64,000 nt of DNA. Origin: Nannocystales bacterium (lineage in GTDB: Bacteria > Myxococcota_A > Polyangia > Nannocystales > Nannocystaceae). The notes under the pieces were generated by a model. The model saw only the letters and a list, made by a program, of their open reading frames with translations. It ran no database searches and had not been told where the DNA came from. Shown here one piece after another: positions 10,103 through 19,637 of the stretch. Each line of letters opens with the position of its first letter. Position 1 is the stretch's first letter. A program made the position numbers and the translations under genes. Location of the stretch: the NCBI GenBank assembly GCA_050633305.1, contig JBOEGF010000043.1, positions 64,001 through 128,000 of the forward strand. Reading direction: 5' to 3'.

Positions 10103-10833
10103 TCGAGGCGCACGAGCTTCGTAAGACGTTTGGCGACGTGGTCGCCGTCGACTCCGTGTCCCTCGACGCCGCCGACGGGCAGATCACGGGAATCCTCGGC
10201 CCCAACGGCGCGGGAAAGACGACGACGATGCGCATGATCTCCACACTTGTCCGGCCCGACGGTGGACGAGTTCGTGTCGATGGACGGGATGCAGCGGCAG
10301 AGCCCGCCGAGGTCCGGCGTCGGTTGGGCGTGCTGCCTGACGCCCGTGGCCTCTATCCGAGGCTGACCGCGCGGGAGAACATCGAGTATTTCGGCCGGCT
10401 GCAGGGTCTCGACGAGCCGTCCCTTCGTGCTCGCGTCGAGGGGTTGCTCGAGCGGCTGGACCTGGGGGCCGTCGCGAAACGTCGCGTCCACGGCTTCTCG
10501 CAGGGGGAGCGGGCCAAGGTCGCGATCGCGAGAGCATTGGTGCATGAGCCACAGAACGTCTTGCTGGACGAGCCGACCAACGGCCTCGACGTGATGAGCA
10601 CCCGGGCCATGCGAGAGCTGATCCGCGGACTGCGTGAGGAGGGCAAAGCGGTCGTGTTCTGCAGCCATGTCATGCAGGAGGTCTCCGCGTTGTGCGACAC
10701 CATCGTCGTGGTGGCACGGGGGACGGTCGTCGCCCGCGGGAGCGCAGACGAACTCCTGGCGCAGGCTGGAACCGACTCACTCGAGGACGCGTTCGTTTCG
10801 ATCATCGGAACCGAGGAGGGGTTGGTCGCGTGA
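10099..10833 (+). CDS. ABC transporter ATP-binding protein (NatA-like)
   Basis: GPNGAGKTT, FSQG, LLDEPTNGLD and SH motifs; ATGA overlap with the upstream gene. Confidence 0.93.
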   Translation: MIEAHELRKTFGDVVAVDSVSLDAADGQITGILGPNGAGKTTTMRMISTLVRPDGGRVRVDGRDAAAEPAEVRRRLGVLPDARGLYPRLTARENIEYFGRLQGLDEPSLRARVEGLLERLDLGAVAKRRVHGFSQGERAKVAIARALVHEPQNVLLDEPTNGLDVMSTRAMRELIRGLREEGKAVVFCSHVMQEVSALCDTIVVVARGTVVARGSADELLAQAGTDSLEDAFVSIIGTEEGLVA

Positions 10834-12005
10834 GTCTGTGGAAGACCATCCGCATCGTGGCGCGCAAAGAACTGCTGGACGGTGTCAGGGACCGCCGGTC
10901 GGTGTTGTCTGCACTGTTGCTGCCCTTGTTCGGACCCATCCTCATCGCGGTGATGTTCAGCATCATCCTGACCGAGGAGGCTGACGACGGCCCCGTCGCG
11001 CTGCCCGTCGTGGGGCCCGAGCACGCGGTCGCGTTGATCGAGCATCTGGAGTCGCAGAACATCGAGGTGGTCGCACCCCCTGAGGACCCGCGCGGTGCGG
11101 TGGCCGCAGGGGACGAAAACGTCGTGCTCGAGATTCTTCCGGAGTTTGAGGACGAGTTCCGGGCGGGTCGGCCCGCGCCTGTCTCGCTGTACATCGACAC
11201 CTCCCGGCGCGAGGGACGGGTGCCTGTTCGCAAGGTTCGTCGTGCGATCGAGACGTACTCCGGCAAGGTGGGAACACTGCGTCTCCTGGCGCGGGGGATC
11301 GACCCGCAGCTGGCCCGACCGGTGAGCGTTGGCGATGTGGACACGGCGACCCCCCAGCAGAAAGCGGCCAACCTGCTGGCGATGGTGCCCATGTTCGTGA
11401 TGCTCGCCGTCTTCGTGGGCGGGATGTTCATGGCGACGGACGCGACTGCCGGGGAGCGCGAGCGCAAGTCGCTGGAGCCGCTGTTGCTGACCCCCGCAGG
11501 CCGCGGTGGACTCGTCCTCGGTAAGTGGGCGGCGACCACACTGTTCTCATCGATGGGGCTGGTGATCACGTTGATCGGAAGCAGCGTCGCGATGGCTCAG
11601 CTTCCGCTGGAGGAGGTTGGCCTCAACGTCGCACTGGGCCCCACGGATGGGTTGTGGGTCCTGGCGCTTCTCTTGCCGCTTGCGCCGATGGCTGCGGCCA
11701 TGCAGATGTTTGTCGCGAGCTTCGCCAAGAGCTTTCGAGAAGCGCAGACGTACCTGTCGATGTTGACCATGCTGCCCACGTTGCCGGGCGTGTTCCTGAC
11801 GTTGGAACCCCTCCCGCCGGACGGCTGGGCGTCTGCGGTCCCCGTCCTTGGCCAGCAAGTGTTGCTGCTCGGGGTGTTACGCGGCGACGCCATACCGCTG
11901 TGGGGCGCCCTCGCATCCACGGCCGTCGTACTGATCTTGACCGCTGTGTTCGTGGTCGGAACGACCCGTCTGTTCGGGAGCGAGCGGACGATCTTCGGCG
12001 ACTAG
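10830..12005 (+). CDS. ABC-2 permease (NatB-like)
   Basis: KELLD..RDRR and AGERERKSLEPLLLTP motifs; GTGA overlap with the upstream gene. Confidence 0.9.
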   Translation: MSLWKTIRIVARKELLDGVRDRRSVLSALLLPLFGPILIAVMFSIILTEEADDGPVALPVVGPEHAVALIEHLESQNIEVVAPPEDPRGAVAAGDENVVLEILPEFEDEFRAGRPAPVSLYIDTSRREGRVPVRKVRRAIETYSGKVGTLRLLARGIDPQLARPVSVGDVDTATPQQKAANLLAMVPMFVMLAVFVGGMFMATDATAGERERKSLEPLLLTPAGRGGLVLGKWAATTLFSSMGLVITLIGSSVAMAQLPLEEVGLNVALGPTDGLWVLALLLPLAPMAAAMQMFVASFAKSFREAQTYLSMLTMLPTLPGVFLTLEPLPPDGWASAVPVLGQQVLLLGVLRGDAIPLWGALASTAVVLILTAVFVVGTTRLFGSERTIFGD

Positions 12006-12200
12006 TACCTCCCGCCTGGACTCCGTGCCGGGTTTCTTCGGGCCCCCCTTCGGGTGTGGGGCCTCTCCGAAACCCTCGGTTGGTCAGGCCTGCGTTCGGT
12101 ACTTTCCGTTTTTTCCGCTGCGCATCCCTCCGGGACGCTTCGCTCTGTCGACCCGAATTCCTCGGAGGACCCGGAACGAACTTCAGAACGGACGTCCTAG
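12002..12200. mobile_element. Putative MITE/intergenic repeat bounded by CTAG with imperfect terminal inverted repeats
   Basis: CTAG at both ends; the terminal 31-mers match 22/31 as inverted repeats; internal hairpins; non-coding. Confidence 0.55.
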
Positions 12201-12229
12201 AGGCACCCCCTCGTCTGTCGACCGCCTGC

Positions 12230-13675
12230 CTATCGCGGACCGCCACCGTACTTCGCGACCCAGATGTCGCCGTTGGTGTTGGCCTCGGATCGAAGCTCGC
12301 CGACCACGGCGATGTCATCATTGGAGTCGACCGCGACGGCATGCGCAGCGTCGTGGTTCAGTCCGGCGCCCGCGGCGTTCTGAGTCCAGACCACATTGCC
12401 CGGTGCATCCCACTTGCGCATCCAGATGTCGGAGTCGGTGTCGGTGATCGCCTTGAAACCGACCACGATGAACGCGCTCTGGCTGTCGGCCGCCAGTGCC
12501 AGGCCGGCATCGTCGAGGATCGCCGGGCTGCCGAAGCGTTTCTGCTGCACCAACGCGCCGCTCTCGCCGTCAAACTTCGCGAAGAACACGTCGGTGTCGT
12601 TGACCGTGGACGGGGTCGTCCCTGCGATGCCCACGGTCCCGTCGGGTGCCACGGCCAAGCCCATCGCTTGCTGCGACGTCGGCGGGGTGGTGTCGTAGAC
12701 CTGCGTCCAGCGCTCGTCGCCGTTGGTTTCGTAGGCGCGAACCCAGATGTCCGCGTTGAAGCTGAGGTTGGAGATGAAGCCTCCGACGACCGGCAGTCCT
12801 TCGGGGCTCCAGGCGACGCCCTGAGCACGATCGTCGAGGCCGTCGGGTCCATCGACGTTGTCGGTCCACAGCTCCGTTCCGTCGGTCCCGGAGACGAGGG
12901 TGACCCACACGTCGTTGTCGCCATTGCCCTCCCGCAAGAACCCGCCGACCAGAACCGAGCCGTCCGGCCCGACCGCGATTGCGTTGGCCTGGTCGGACCC
13001 CTCCGAGCTTCCCGTCACGGTGCGGGACCACAGTTCGGTGCCCTCGGGGTCGAGCTTGGCAAACCACGCGTCGGTCGCGGCTCGGCCTGCGATGTAGAGG
13101 TTGCCGTCGCCATCGACGTCGATGCCGAAACCGCGGTCTTCTCCACCCATCGAGGGGTCGAGCGTGAGCTCCAGCCCGGGGGTGCCATCGGGGGCGTAGG
13201 CATGCACCCACACACTGCTGTCGCCCACCGTGTCCACCTCGAACCCGATCGCCCATACGTTGCCCGCGTCGTCGAAGGCGACCCCCTGTCCGGTATCCGC
13301 AATCGATGCGTCGCCGCCGTGGGTCCGAGACCACTGCTGGGTGTCGATGCTGATGGTGCAGTCCGGCTCGCAACCGTCGCCGGGGTCCAGGTTGCCGTCG
13401 TCGCACTCCTCGGGGGGTTCGAGCATCGCGTCCCCGCATTCGGGAAGGACCACGCCCGTGTCGTCGGAGGTGGGGTCTGTTGTCGGATTGGGGTCTGTCG
13501 GATCCGGCGCTGTGCTCGAGGAGGCTGGTCCGTCCTCGGAGCTTGGCTCGGTGTCGCCGCTCGTCGTACCGCCGTCGTCGGTGTCTGTGTCTACGCCGCT
13601 GCCACCGCCGGAGTCCCCACCGCAGGCGGGGAGCAGCAGGGCCAAACACAGGGCGGTCGAGCGTCGAACCAGCAT
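12230..13675 (-). CDS. Lipoprotein with a Myxococcus cysteine-rich repeat and beta-propeller (SBBP-like) repeats
   Basis: Lipobox LPAC; CGD...EECDDGNLDPGDGC; repeated D-x-G/A-x-G-V-A-x-D blades. Confidence 0.85.
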   Translation of the reverse strand: MLVRRSTALCLALLLPACGGDSGGGSGVDTDTDDGGTTSGDTEPSSEDGPASSSTAPDPTDPNPTTDPTSDDTGVVLPECGDAMLEPPEECDDGNLDPGDGCEPDCTISIDTQQWSRTHGGDASIADTGQGVAFDDAGNVWAIGFEVDTVGDSSVWVHAYAPDGTPGLELTLDPSMGGEDRGFGIDVDGDGNLYIAGRAATDAWFAKLDPEGTELWSRTVTGSSEGSDQANAIAVGPDGSVLVGGFLREGNGDNDVWVTLVSGTDGTELWTDNVDGPDGLDDRAQGVAWSPEGLPVVGGFISNLSFNADIWVRAYETNGDERWTQVYDTTPPTSQQAMGLAVAPDGTVGIAGTTPSTVNDTDVFFAKFDGESGALVQQKRFGSPAILDDAGLALAADSQSAFIVVGFKAITDTDSDIWMRKWDAPGNVVWTQNAAGAGLNHDAAHAVAVDSNDDIAVVGELRSEANTNGDIWVAKYGGGPR

Positions 13676-13746
13676 GAGCGCAGGATATCAGCCGTGCTCC
13701 AGCCCGGCGGAGGGCCAGACGCGGACGCGCCGACACATCCCGGTGC

Positions 13747-14262
13747 TCAGCCGCACAGCCCCCACTGCGGCGGGACGCAGAACACGCCGCTGGACGATCC
13801 TTCGTCGTTCTCGATCTGGGTGCAGGTGACGCTCCCGTCGTTGGTGCAGTCCTCTCCCTCCGAGAGTCCCGCCTGCGAGCATTCCGGGAGGCAGAAACAC
13901 TCTCCGTCACCGAAGACGATGTAGTTGCCGGTCAGGCAGGTGCGCGGTGGGTTGTCATCGCACGCTTCGATGAAGCTGTCTCCGGTGAAGGGGACCGAGC
14001 CGAGGTACCAGTCTCCATCACAGCTGTTCGCCCCCGAGTCGTCGTCGTTGCCCGAGTCGTCGTTGCCCGAGTCGTCGTCGTTGCCCGAGTCGTCGTCGTT
14101 GCCCGAGTCGTCGTCGTTGCCCGAGTCGTCGTCGTCGTCGTCGGAATCGTCGTCATCGTCCATCGCGCCCGAGTCATCGTTTCCAGAGTCGCCTTCGTCG
14201 CCACATGCGGGGAACGCGAGCGAAGACAGGAGAAGCCAGGGCAAGAGGCGCGCGGTGTTCAT
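13747..14262 (-). CDS. Lipoprotein with an Asp-rich repeat tether and a small Cys-rich domain
   Basis: Lipobox FPAC; (SGNDDD)n; Cys-rich C-terminus. Confidence 0.75.
   Translation of the reverse strand: MNTARLLPWLLLSSLAFPACGDEGDSGNDDSGAMDDDDDSDDDDDDSGNDDDSGNDDDSGNDDDSGNDDSGNDDDSGANSCDGDWYLGSVPFTGDSFIEACDDNPPRTCLTGNYIVFGDGECFCLPECSQAGLSEGEDCTNDGSVTCTQIENDEGSSSGVFCVPPQWGLCG
14036..14122. repeat. Coding tandem repeat, 18-bp unit gagtcgtcgtcgttgccc (four full copies and one 15-bp copy)
   Basis: Read directly from the sequence; encodes SGNDDD on the minus strand. Confidence 0.9.
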
Positions 14263-14313
14263 GCCCCCCACACGCGCTGTCTCCCGCGAGGTCGCGGTTT
14301 TTTTTCGACCCTC

Positions 14314-14883
14314 ATGATGTCTATGCTCGTTTCCGTGGATGACGAGCTCCCACGCGACGCGCAGGACCGCCTGTGGATCTTCGGCTACGGCTCGCTGGTG
14401 TGGCGTCCATCGTTTGAGCATGCCGTGGCGCGCCCGGCCGTGGTGCAGGGGTGGACCCGGAGGTTTTGGCAGTGGTCCACCGACCACCGCGGGGTGCCGG
14501 GTTCGCCCGGCCGGGTGGCGACCGTGCTCGAGGCGGCCGGAGAGTCGTGCTGGGGTCGGGCCTACGCTGTGGACCCTGAGCACCAGGAGGGGGTCCTCGC
14601 CGCGCTCGATCATCGCGAAAAGCAGGGATACGACCGGGCGGTGGTGTCGCTAGGATTCCCTGGAGGCGCTGGCCCTCGCGCGCTCATGTACGTCGCGACG
14701 CCGGACAACCCAAGCTTCGCCGGAGAGACCCCGCTCGCCGAGCTGGCGAGCATCATCTCGACCCGCCATGGCCCCAGCGGGGCGAACCTCGACTACCTGC
14801 TTCGCCTCGCCGAGGCGCTCCGTGAGATGGGGGTGGACGATCCCCATGTGTTCGACCTGGAAGCGCGTTGTCGTCGGGCCTGA
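14314..14883 (+). CDS. chaC: ChaC-family gamma-glutamylcyclotransferase
   Basis: WIFGYGSLVW, HRGVPGSPGRV, LDHRE and GPSGAN.DY motifs. Confidence 0.9.
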   Translation: MMSMLVSVDDELPRDAQDRLWIFGYGSLVWRPSFEHAVARPAVVQGWTRRFWQWSTDHRGVPGSPGRVATVLEAAGESCWGRAYAVDPEHQEGVLAALDHREKQGYDRAVVSLGFPGGAGPRALMYVATPDNPSFAGETPLAELASIISTRHGPSGANLDYLLRLAEALREMGVDDPHVFDLEARCRRA

Positions 14884-14919
14884 CGGAGCTGGGCGCGAGG
14901 CGCTATCGTCCGCGACGCG

Positions 14920-15858
14920 ATGATCATCGAGAAGCGGTCCTGGTTCAGGTCTCTCGCCGCCGTGCGAGGCACATCGCTGCCGCGCACCTGGTTACGTCTG
15001 TTCGTGACGGTGTTGTTTGCGGTCGTGGTCACGGTGCTCAACGAGACCGGTCGCATCGGCGCGACGCGCTCGCCGCTTCCGTTCTCCTTGATCGGCGTGG
15101 CGCTCGGCATCTTCCTCGGCTTCCGCAACAACACGGCGTACGACCGCTTCTGGGAGGGACGGAAGCTGTGGGGGCGAATGGTCAACGTCTCCCGCAGCCT
15201 GACCCGCCAGATTCAGATGATGGTCGGTCCGCAGCCCGGGGAGCCTGTCGACAGCGCGGCGCGTGCCGCGGTCCATCGCGAGTTGGTGCACCGCATCGTC
15301 GCCTACGTGCACGTGTTCCGACACCACCTGCGCAATGAGCCGGACCTCTCGGATGTCGTCGGGCATCTTCCGCAGGACGAAGTTCAGGCTCTGGACGGTG
15401 AGAGCAACCGACCCACGGCGGTCACCGCTCGTACCGGCGAACGGCTTCGAGAGCTGTGGGACCGCGGGTGGATTCACCCGATGCACCTGCCGGTGCTTGA
15501 GGCGAGCCTGACCGAGATGACGGGGATTCAAGGCGGGTGTGAGCGCATCAAGGCCACCCCGATCCCCGCCTCGTACACGATCCTCATTCACCGCATCGTG
15601 GCGACGTACGCCTTCGCGCTCCCGCTGGGAATCGTCGACATCACCCACGGCTGGACACCGGTCGTCGTGTTGTTGATCGCCTATGCGTTCTACGGCCTCG
15701 ACGCGATTGGCGATGAGATCGAGGAGCCTTTCGGGTTCGACGAGAACGACCTGCCGCTGTCGACGCTCAGCCGGATGATCGAGGTGAACGTGCGGCAGCG
15801 CCTGGGAGAAACCGAGCTCCCACCGTTGCTCGAGCCCGAGGGCGGAATCCTGCGCTGA
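14920..15858 (+). CDS. Bestrophin-family channel (YneE-like)
   Basis: FRNNTAYDRFWEGRKLWG, CERIKATP and EIEEPFG...NDLPL motifs. Confidence 0.95.
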   Translation: MIIEKRSWFRSLAAVRGTSLPRTWLRLFVTVLFAVVVTVLNETGRIGATRSPLPFSLIGVALGIFLGFRNNTAYDRFWEGRKLWGRMVNVSRSLTRQIQMMVGPQPGEPVDSAARAAVHRELVHRIVAYVHVFRHHLRNEPDLSDVVGHLPQDEVQALDGESNRPTAVTARTGERLRELWDRGWIHPMHLPVLEASLTEMTGIQGGCERIKATPIPASYTILIHRIVATYAFALPLGIVDITHGWTPVVVLLIAYAFYGLDAIGDEIEEPFGFDENDLPLSTLSRMIEVNVRQRLGETELPPLLEPEGGILR

Positions 15859-15918
15859 GTGCGTCGTGGTTTCGCGGCGCCGCCCGTGTTAGATCCCCGC
15901 CCGGAAGATCGAGGTGGC

Positions 15919-16296
<378 letters not shown>

Positions 16297-16374
16297 CCAC
16301 CTCGGTCTTCCGCTATTTCGAAAAGAAGCTGTCCTTTCTCGGTCACACTTCTGCCCGCTCGATCTCTACCTCCC

Positions 16375-17160
16375 GTGTCGAGCAGCAGCGGACTCAAGAT
16401 CGAGGAGACTCCCATCACCACGTACATGGTGCGCGTCGCGTACTGGGTCGCGATGGTCCTGATCGCGAGTTTCATCAGCCGGGACATCGCGGTGCATTGC
16501 GAGCGTGGCGAGAGCTCTTTTTGCCATGCGACGGTCCGTAGCGCGTTCATGACGCTCTCCGAGAGGACCGTCGACCTCGAGAACATCAAGGGGGTTGTCT
16601 ACACGGAGGAGGAGACCACCACGACCCACGACAATGGGTTTTCCTTGTCGAGGACGTCGACATCGGTCGTGATCGAAGTCGATGGCATGGAGCCGGATAT
16701 CGACCTGCAGGACCACAGCTTCATCGGCTCCAAGGACGTGAAGTACGAGGCGGGCCAGGACCTGGTGAACTTCCTTGGCGACGCGGAGGCAACCTCACTC
16801 GACTTCGAGTACGGCGACCCATTCTACTTCTCGAGTCTGATGGTGCTCGTCCTCGTCGGAGGGTTGCTCTACAAACTGTGGATTCATGACTACGGGGTGT
16901 GGAGCTTCGAGGTCGAGGTGGTGGGCGGAGGAGACGAGATCCGCATGACCTCGACGAAGGGAGGCTTCGATCACTGGTCCGACGTCCCCAGCGAGGGGGC
17001 GGTAGCCTTGGTCGCTGAGGATGGGCACGGTCGCATCGCGGCCCGCTACGCCGATGGCAGGATGCAGCACCTTTGTGAACCGGGGTGGAGCAAGAAACGT
17101 CGGACCCGGGTCGTCGCTGAGGCTGGCAAATACCTGCGCAACCTGGGTCGACTGCCGTAG
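16375..17160 (+). CDS. Hypothetical membrane protein (2 TM)
   Basis: Open frame with typical codon use and two hydrophobic segments; start uncertain. Confidence 0.65.
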   Translation: MSSSSGLKIEETPITTYMVRVAYWVAMVLIASFISRDIAVHCERGESSFCHATVRSAFMTLSERTVDLENIKGVVYTEEETTTTHDNGFSLSRTSTSVVIEVDGMEPDIDLQDHSFIGSKDVKYEAGQDLVNFLGDAEATSLDFEYGDPFYFSSLMVLVLVGGLLYKLWIHDYGVWSFEVEVVGGGDEIRMTSTKGGFDHWSDVPSEGAVALVAEDGHGRIAARYADGRMQHLCEPGWSKKRRTRVVAEAGKYLRNLGRLP

Positions 17161-17167
17161 CTGTTCG

Positions 17168-17782
17168 CTAGTTGTTGTCTTCGAAGTACAGGAAGTCGAT
17201 CAGGAACGTTGCCGCCAGAATCAGCGCGCGGTGGTTTGGCGGCATCGCGGGACCGAATTGCACGCCAAACGTGTCCGCATCGGTGAACGCTTCTTTGAGC
17301 AAGCCGCTCCACTTCTTCGAGATCTGCCCGACCTCGTGTCCGCCTGCGAGGACCTTGAAGGTCCAAGGCCGGAACATCGGCCCTTGGATCTCGGCGACCA
17401 CCTGACCTGTGGTGTCGGTGACCTCGAAGAGACGGCCGAAGAACTTGAACTTCTGGTGGAGCGAACCGACCGCCTGCCCCTGCGCGTCGGTGACATGCAG
17501 CTCGGAGAAGAACCACGTCCACGGTCGCCGAAGCGAGAGGTTCATGTTCCCGTACGGGTCGAGCAGCTGCATCGTGAACGGCCGGGAGTTCTTGAGAAAC
17601 GAGCGGGCAAAGAACGCTCCGGCACCCTGGCCGGCCTCGGCGGCATAGAAGGCCGGCTGACCGTCGGGCATCTGCACGAGGTAGCGGTTCTTCGACTCGA
17701 AGCTGGTGAACACCTCGAGCATCTCCTTCTGCTGCTTGACGACGAGGCTTGGTGTCTGGGCCAACACGGGCAGGTTCGACAT
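17168..17782 (-). CDS. Scramblase/LURP-one-related protein
   Basis: FESKNRY, RPFTM, ISKKWSGLLKEAFTDADTF and LIDFLYFE motifs. Confidence 0.92.
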   Translation of the reverse strand: MSNLPVLAQTPSLVVKQQKEMLEVFTSFESKNRYLVQMPDGQPAFYAAEAGQGAGAFFARSFLKNSRPFTMQLLDPYGNMNLSLRRPWTWFFSELHVTDAQGQAVGSLHQKFKFFGRLFEVTDTTGQVVAEIQGPMFRPWTFKVLAGGHEVGQISKKWSGLLKEAFTDADTFGVQFGPAMPPNHRALILAATFLIDFLYFEDNN

Positions 17783-17853
17783 CGAGGGCACGGTATCAGC
17801 CTGTTGCACGGGCGATCCTGTCCTTCCTTGAACGTTTAATGGTGGACGGTGTA

Positions 17854-17874
17854 AAACATACGTCGTATATGTTT
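17854..17874. promoter_or_regulatory. Putative TetR operator
   Basis: aaacata-N7-tatgttt inverted repeat, 5 bp upstream of the TetR ATG. Confidence 0.6.
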
Positions 17875-17879
17875 CAGGG

Positions 17880-18470
17880 ATGACGCGACGCGAGCTAACG
17901 GCGGAGGAGATCGAAGCGTTCCGTCGCAAGGTCGTGGATGCGGCTCGGACCCTGTTCGTCGAGCATGGTGTTGGAGGCGTCACGATGCGCGCGATAGCGG
18001 TCGCGATCGGTTGCAGTCCGATGAGGACGTATCGGTACTTCGACGACCGCGAAGCGGTTCTCGAGGCGCTGCGGGCAGAGGCGTTCTGCGGACTCGCCGA
18101 CTCGCAGGAAGAGGCGGCCGCGAGTTCGAGGTCTGTTCGGCGCAGGCTCGACGCGATTCGGGCTGCGTATCTGAGATTTGGGCTCGAGCACCCGGACAGC
18201 TACCGGTTGATGTTCTCGTTGGAGTCGATGCGGCCCCCGGGAGAGGCGTTTCAGAAACAGGCGACCCGAGCATTTGGGACGCTCCGCACGACTGTTGCCA
18301 ACGCAATCGAAGGTGGGCACCTCGAGGGGGACGCCGACACGGTCGCGCATCTGATCTGGGTCGAGCTGCACGGCGTGGTGTCGCTGCATCTGTCACAGAA
18401 ACTCAACAAGGGGCGATCGCTGGAACAGATCGCGGCGGCTTCGCCCTGGCGCATGGCGCGAAGAAAGTAG
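17880..18470 (+). CDS. TetR/AcrR-family regulator (WHG-type C-terminal domain)
   Basis: N-terminal HTH VTMRAIA...YRYF; W..LHG motif. Confidence 0.92.
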   Translation: MTRRELTAEEIEAFRRKVVDAARTLFVEHGVGGVTMRAIAVAIGCSPMRTYRYFDDREAVLEALRAEAFCGLADSQEEAAASSRSVRRRLDAIRAAYLRFGLEHPDSYRLMFSLESMRPPGEAFQKQATRAFGTLRTTVANAIEGGHLEGDADTVAHLIWVELHGVVSLHLSQKLNKGRSLEQIAAASPWRMARRK

Positions 18471-18476
18471 AACACG

Positions 18477-19637
18477 ATGAAAACAGGTCTTTGGGCCTGC
18501 AGCCTGTTTCTGGCTGCGGGGATGGGAGCGTGCGGCCTCGAGTGGGAGCCGCTTCATGACGAGTTCATTACCCCACAGGAGGTGGGCTCGGTCGAAGTGG
18601 CACCGCTGCAGGAGGCGCTGACGTTTGCGAGGTTTGAGCGCGACGGCGACCTGCACGTGCTGGCGGTCACGCTGTACGAGGGGGGAGATGTGGAAGGTGT
18701 CGACCTCTCTGTCGCTCTGGGGGAGCCGACGATGGACCCGATCTCGATGTTCAATGCCTACGGCTTCGAGGGCATCACAGAAGCGATCCAGCGGGCAGTA
18801 GGACGTGTCACGGTGGCCGCGGATTCGCTGGTGCTTCCGGTCGAGCTCCGGTCTCACCACGTTGCAGGCGGAACGAACTTCCCCGAGCATGCCGCCGAAG
18901 CGGGTGTCTCTGAGGGACCCTATCTCTTCCCCAGCCTCAAAGCGCCGACCGGCCCGTACGCGAACGTCCCGATCAACAAGGGGCTCCTGGACTACGAGGT
19001 CGAGCTCGCTTGGGTCACGCTCGATCCGGTCGAAGAGGGGACCCACCCGGAGCACATGGGGTTGCTCGTGTGCAACGACTACACGAACCGCGAAGCCCTG
19101 CTCCGACACCTCGACCCCAACGACGTCGCGTCAGGAAAGGGGTTCCCCACCGGAAAGAGCTTTCCTGGGTACCTGCCCGTCGGGAACCTGTTCGTCATTC
19201 CCCTGGACTACCGGAGCTTTGGTGAGAGCATCGAGCTGGAGCTTTATCTCGATCGCTACCTGCGGCAGCGAGCACAGGTCAGTCGAGCGGTGTGGGGCAT
19301 CGAGGAACTCCTCGACGAGACATGGGCGCGCAGCGGTGTGACCTGGGAACACCGCGGGGAGCGGTACCCATTGTACGACAACACAACCATCAAGGACCGA
19401 ACCCTCGTCATGTCGGGGACGCCTCCAGGGGTGATCTTCAATGAAGTCGGTGCGGAGCCTCGCGCGTCCGCGTTTTTAGACTTCGTTCTCGGGGGGTGGG
19501 GCGAGACGTTGCCCGACCACGCGATCGACGACTACATCCGGGATGCACGAGCCGCGGGTATCTACTTGATGCCAGGGGACGAGGTGTTGATCCGCGTGGA
19601 CTTCCTGGGCGTCGTGCGAAACGAGGTCGTCGAGTGA
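18477..19637 (+). CDS. Fumarylacetoacetate-hydrolase-family protein with a lipoprotein-like signal
   Basis: LDYEVELA, CNDYT, GKSF and SGTPPGV motifs; N-terminal hydrophobic segment ending MGAC. Confidence 0.85.
   Translation: MKTGLWACSLFLAAGMGACGLEWEPLHDEFITPQEVGSVEVAPLQEALTFARFERDGDLHVLAVTLYEGGDVEGVDLSVALGEPTMDPISMFNAYGFEGITEAIQRAVGRVTVAADSLVLPVELRSHHVAGGTNFPEHAAEAGVSEGPYLFPSLKAPTGPYANVPINKGLLDYEVELAWVTLDPVEEGTHPEHMGLLVCNDYTNREALLRHLDPNDVASGKGFPTGKSFPGYLPVGNLFVIPLDYRSFGESIELELYLDRYLRQRAQVSRAVWGIEELLDETWARSGVTWEHRGERYPLYDNTTIKDRTLVMSGTPPGVIFNEVGAEPRASAFLDFVLGGWGETLPDHAIDDYIRDARAAGIYLMPGDEVLIRVDFLGVVRNEVVE

Noticed and set aside
11525..13924. 799-aa plus-strand ORF
   Set aside because: Antisense shadow of the 12230-13675 lipoprotein gene; such long ORFs are expected at high GC and it has no motifs.
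14036..14122. Possible CRISPR array
   Set aside because: The repeats are contiguous without spacers and lie within a coding frame; no cas genes are present.
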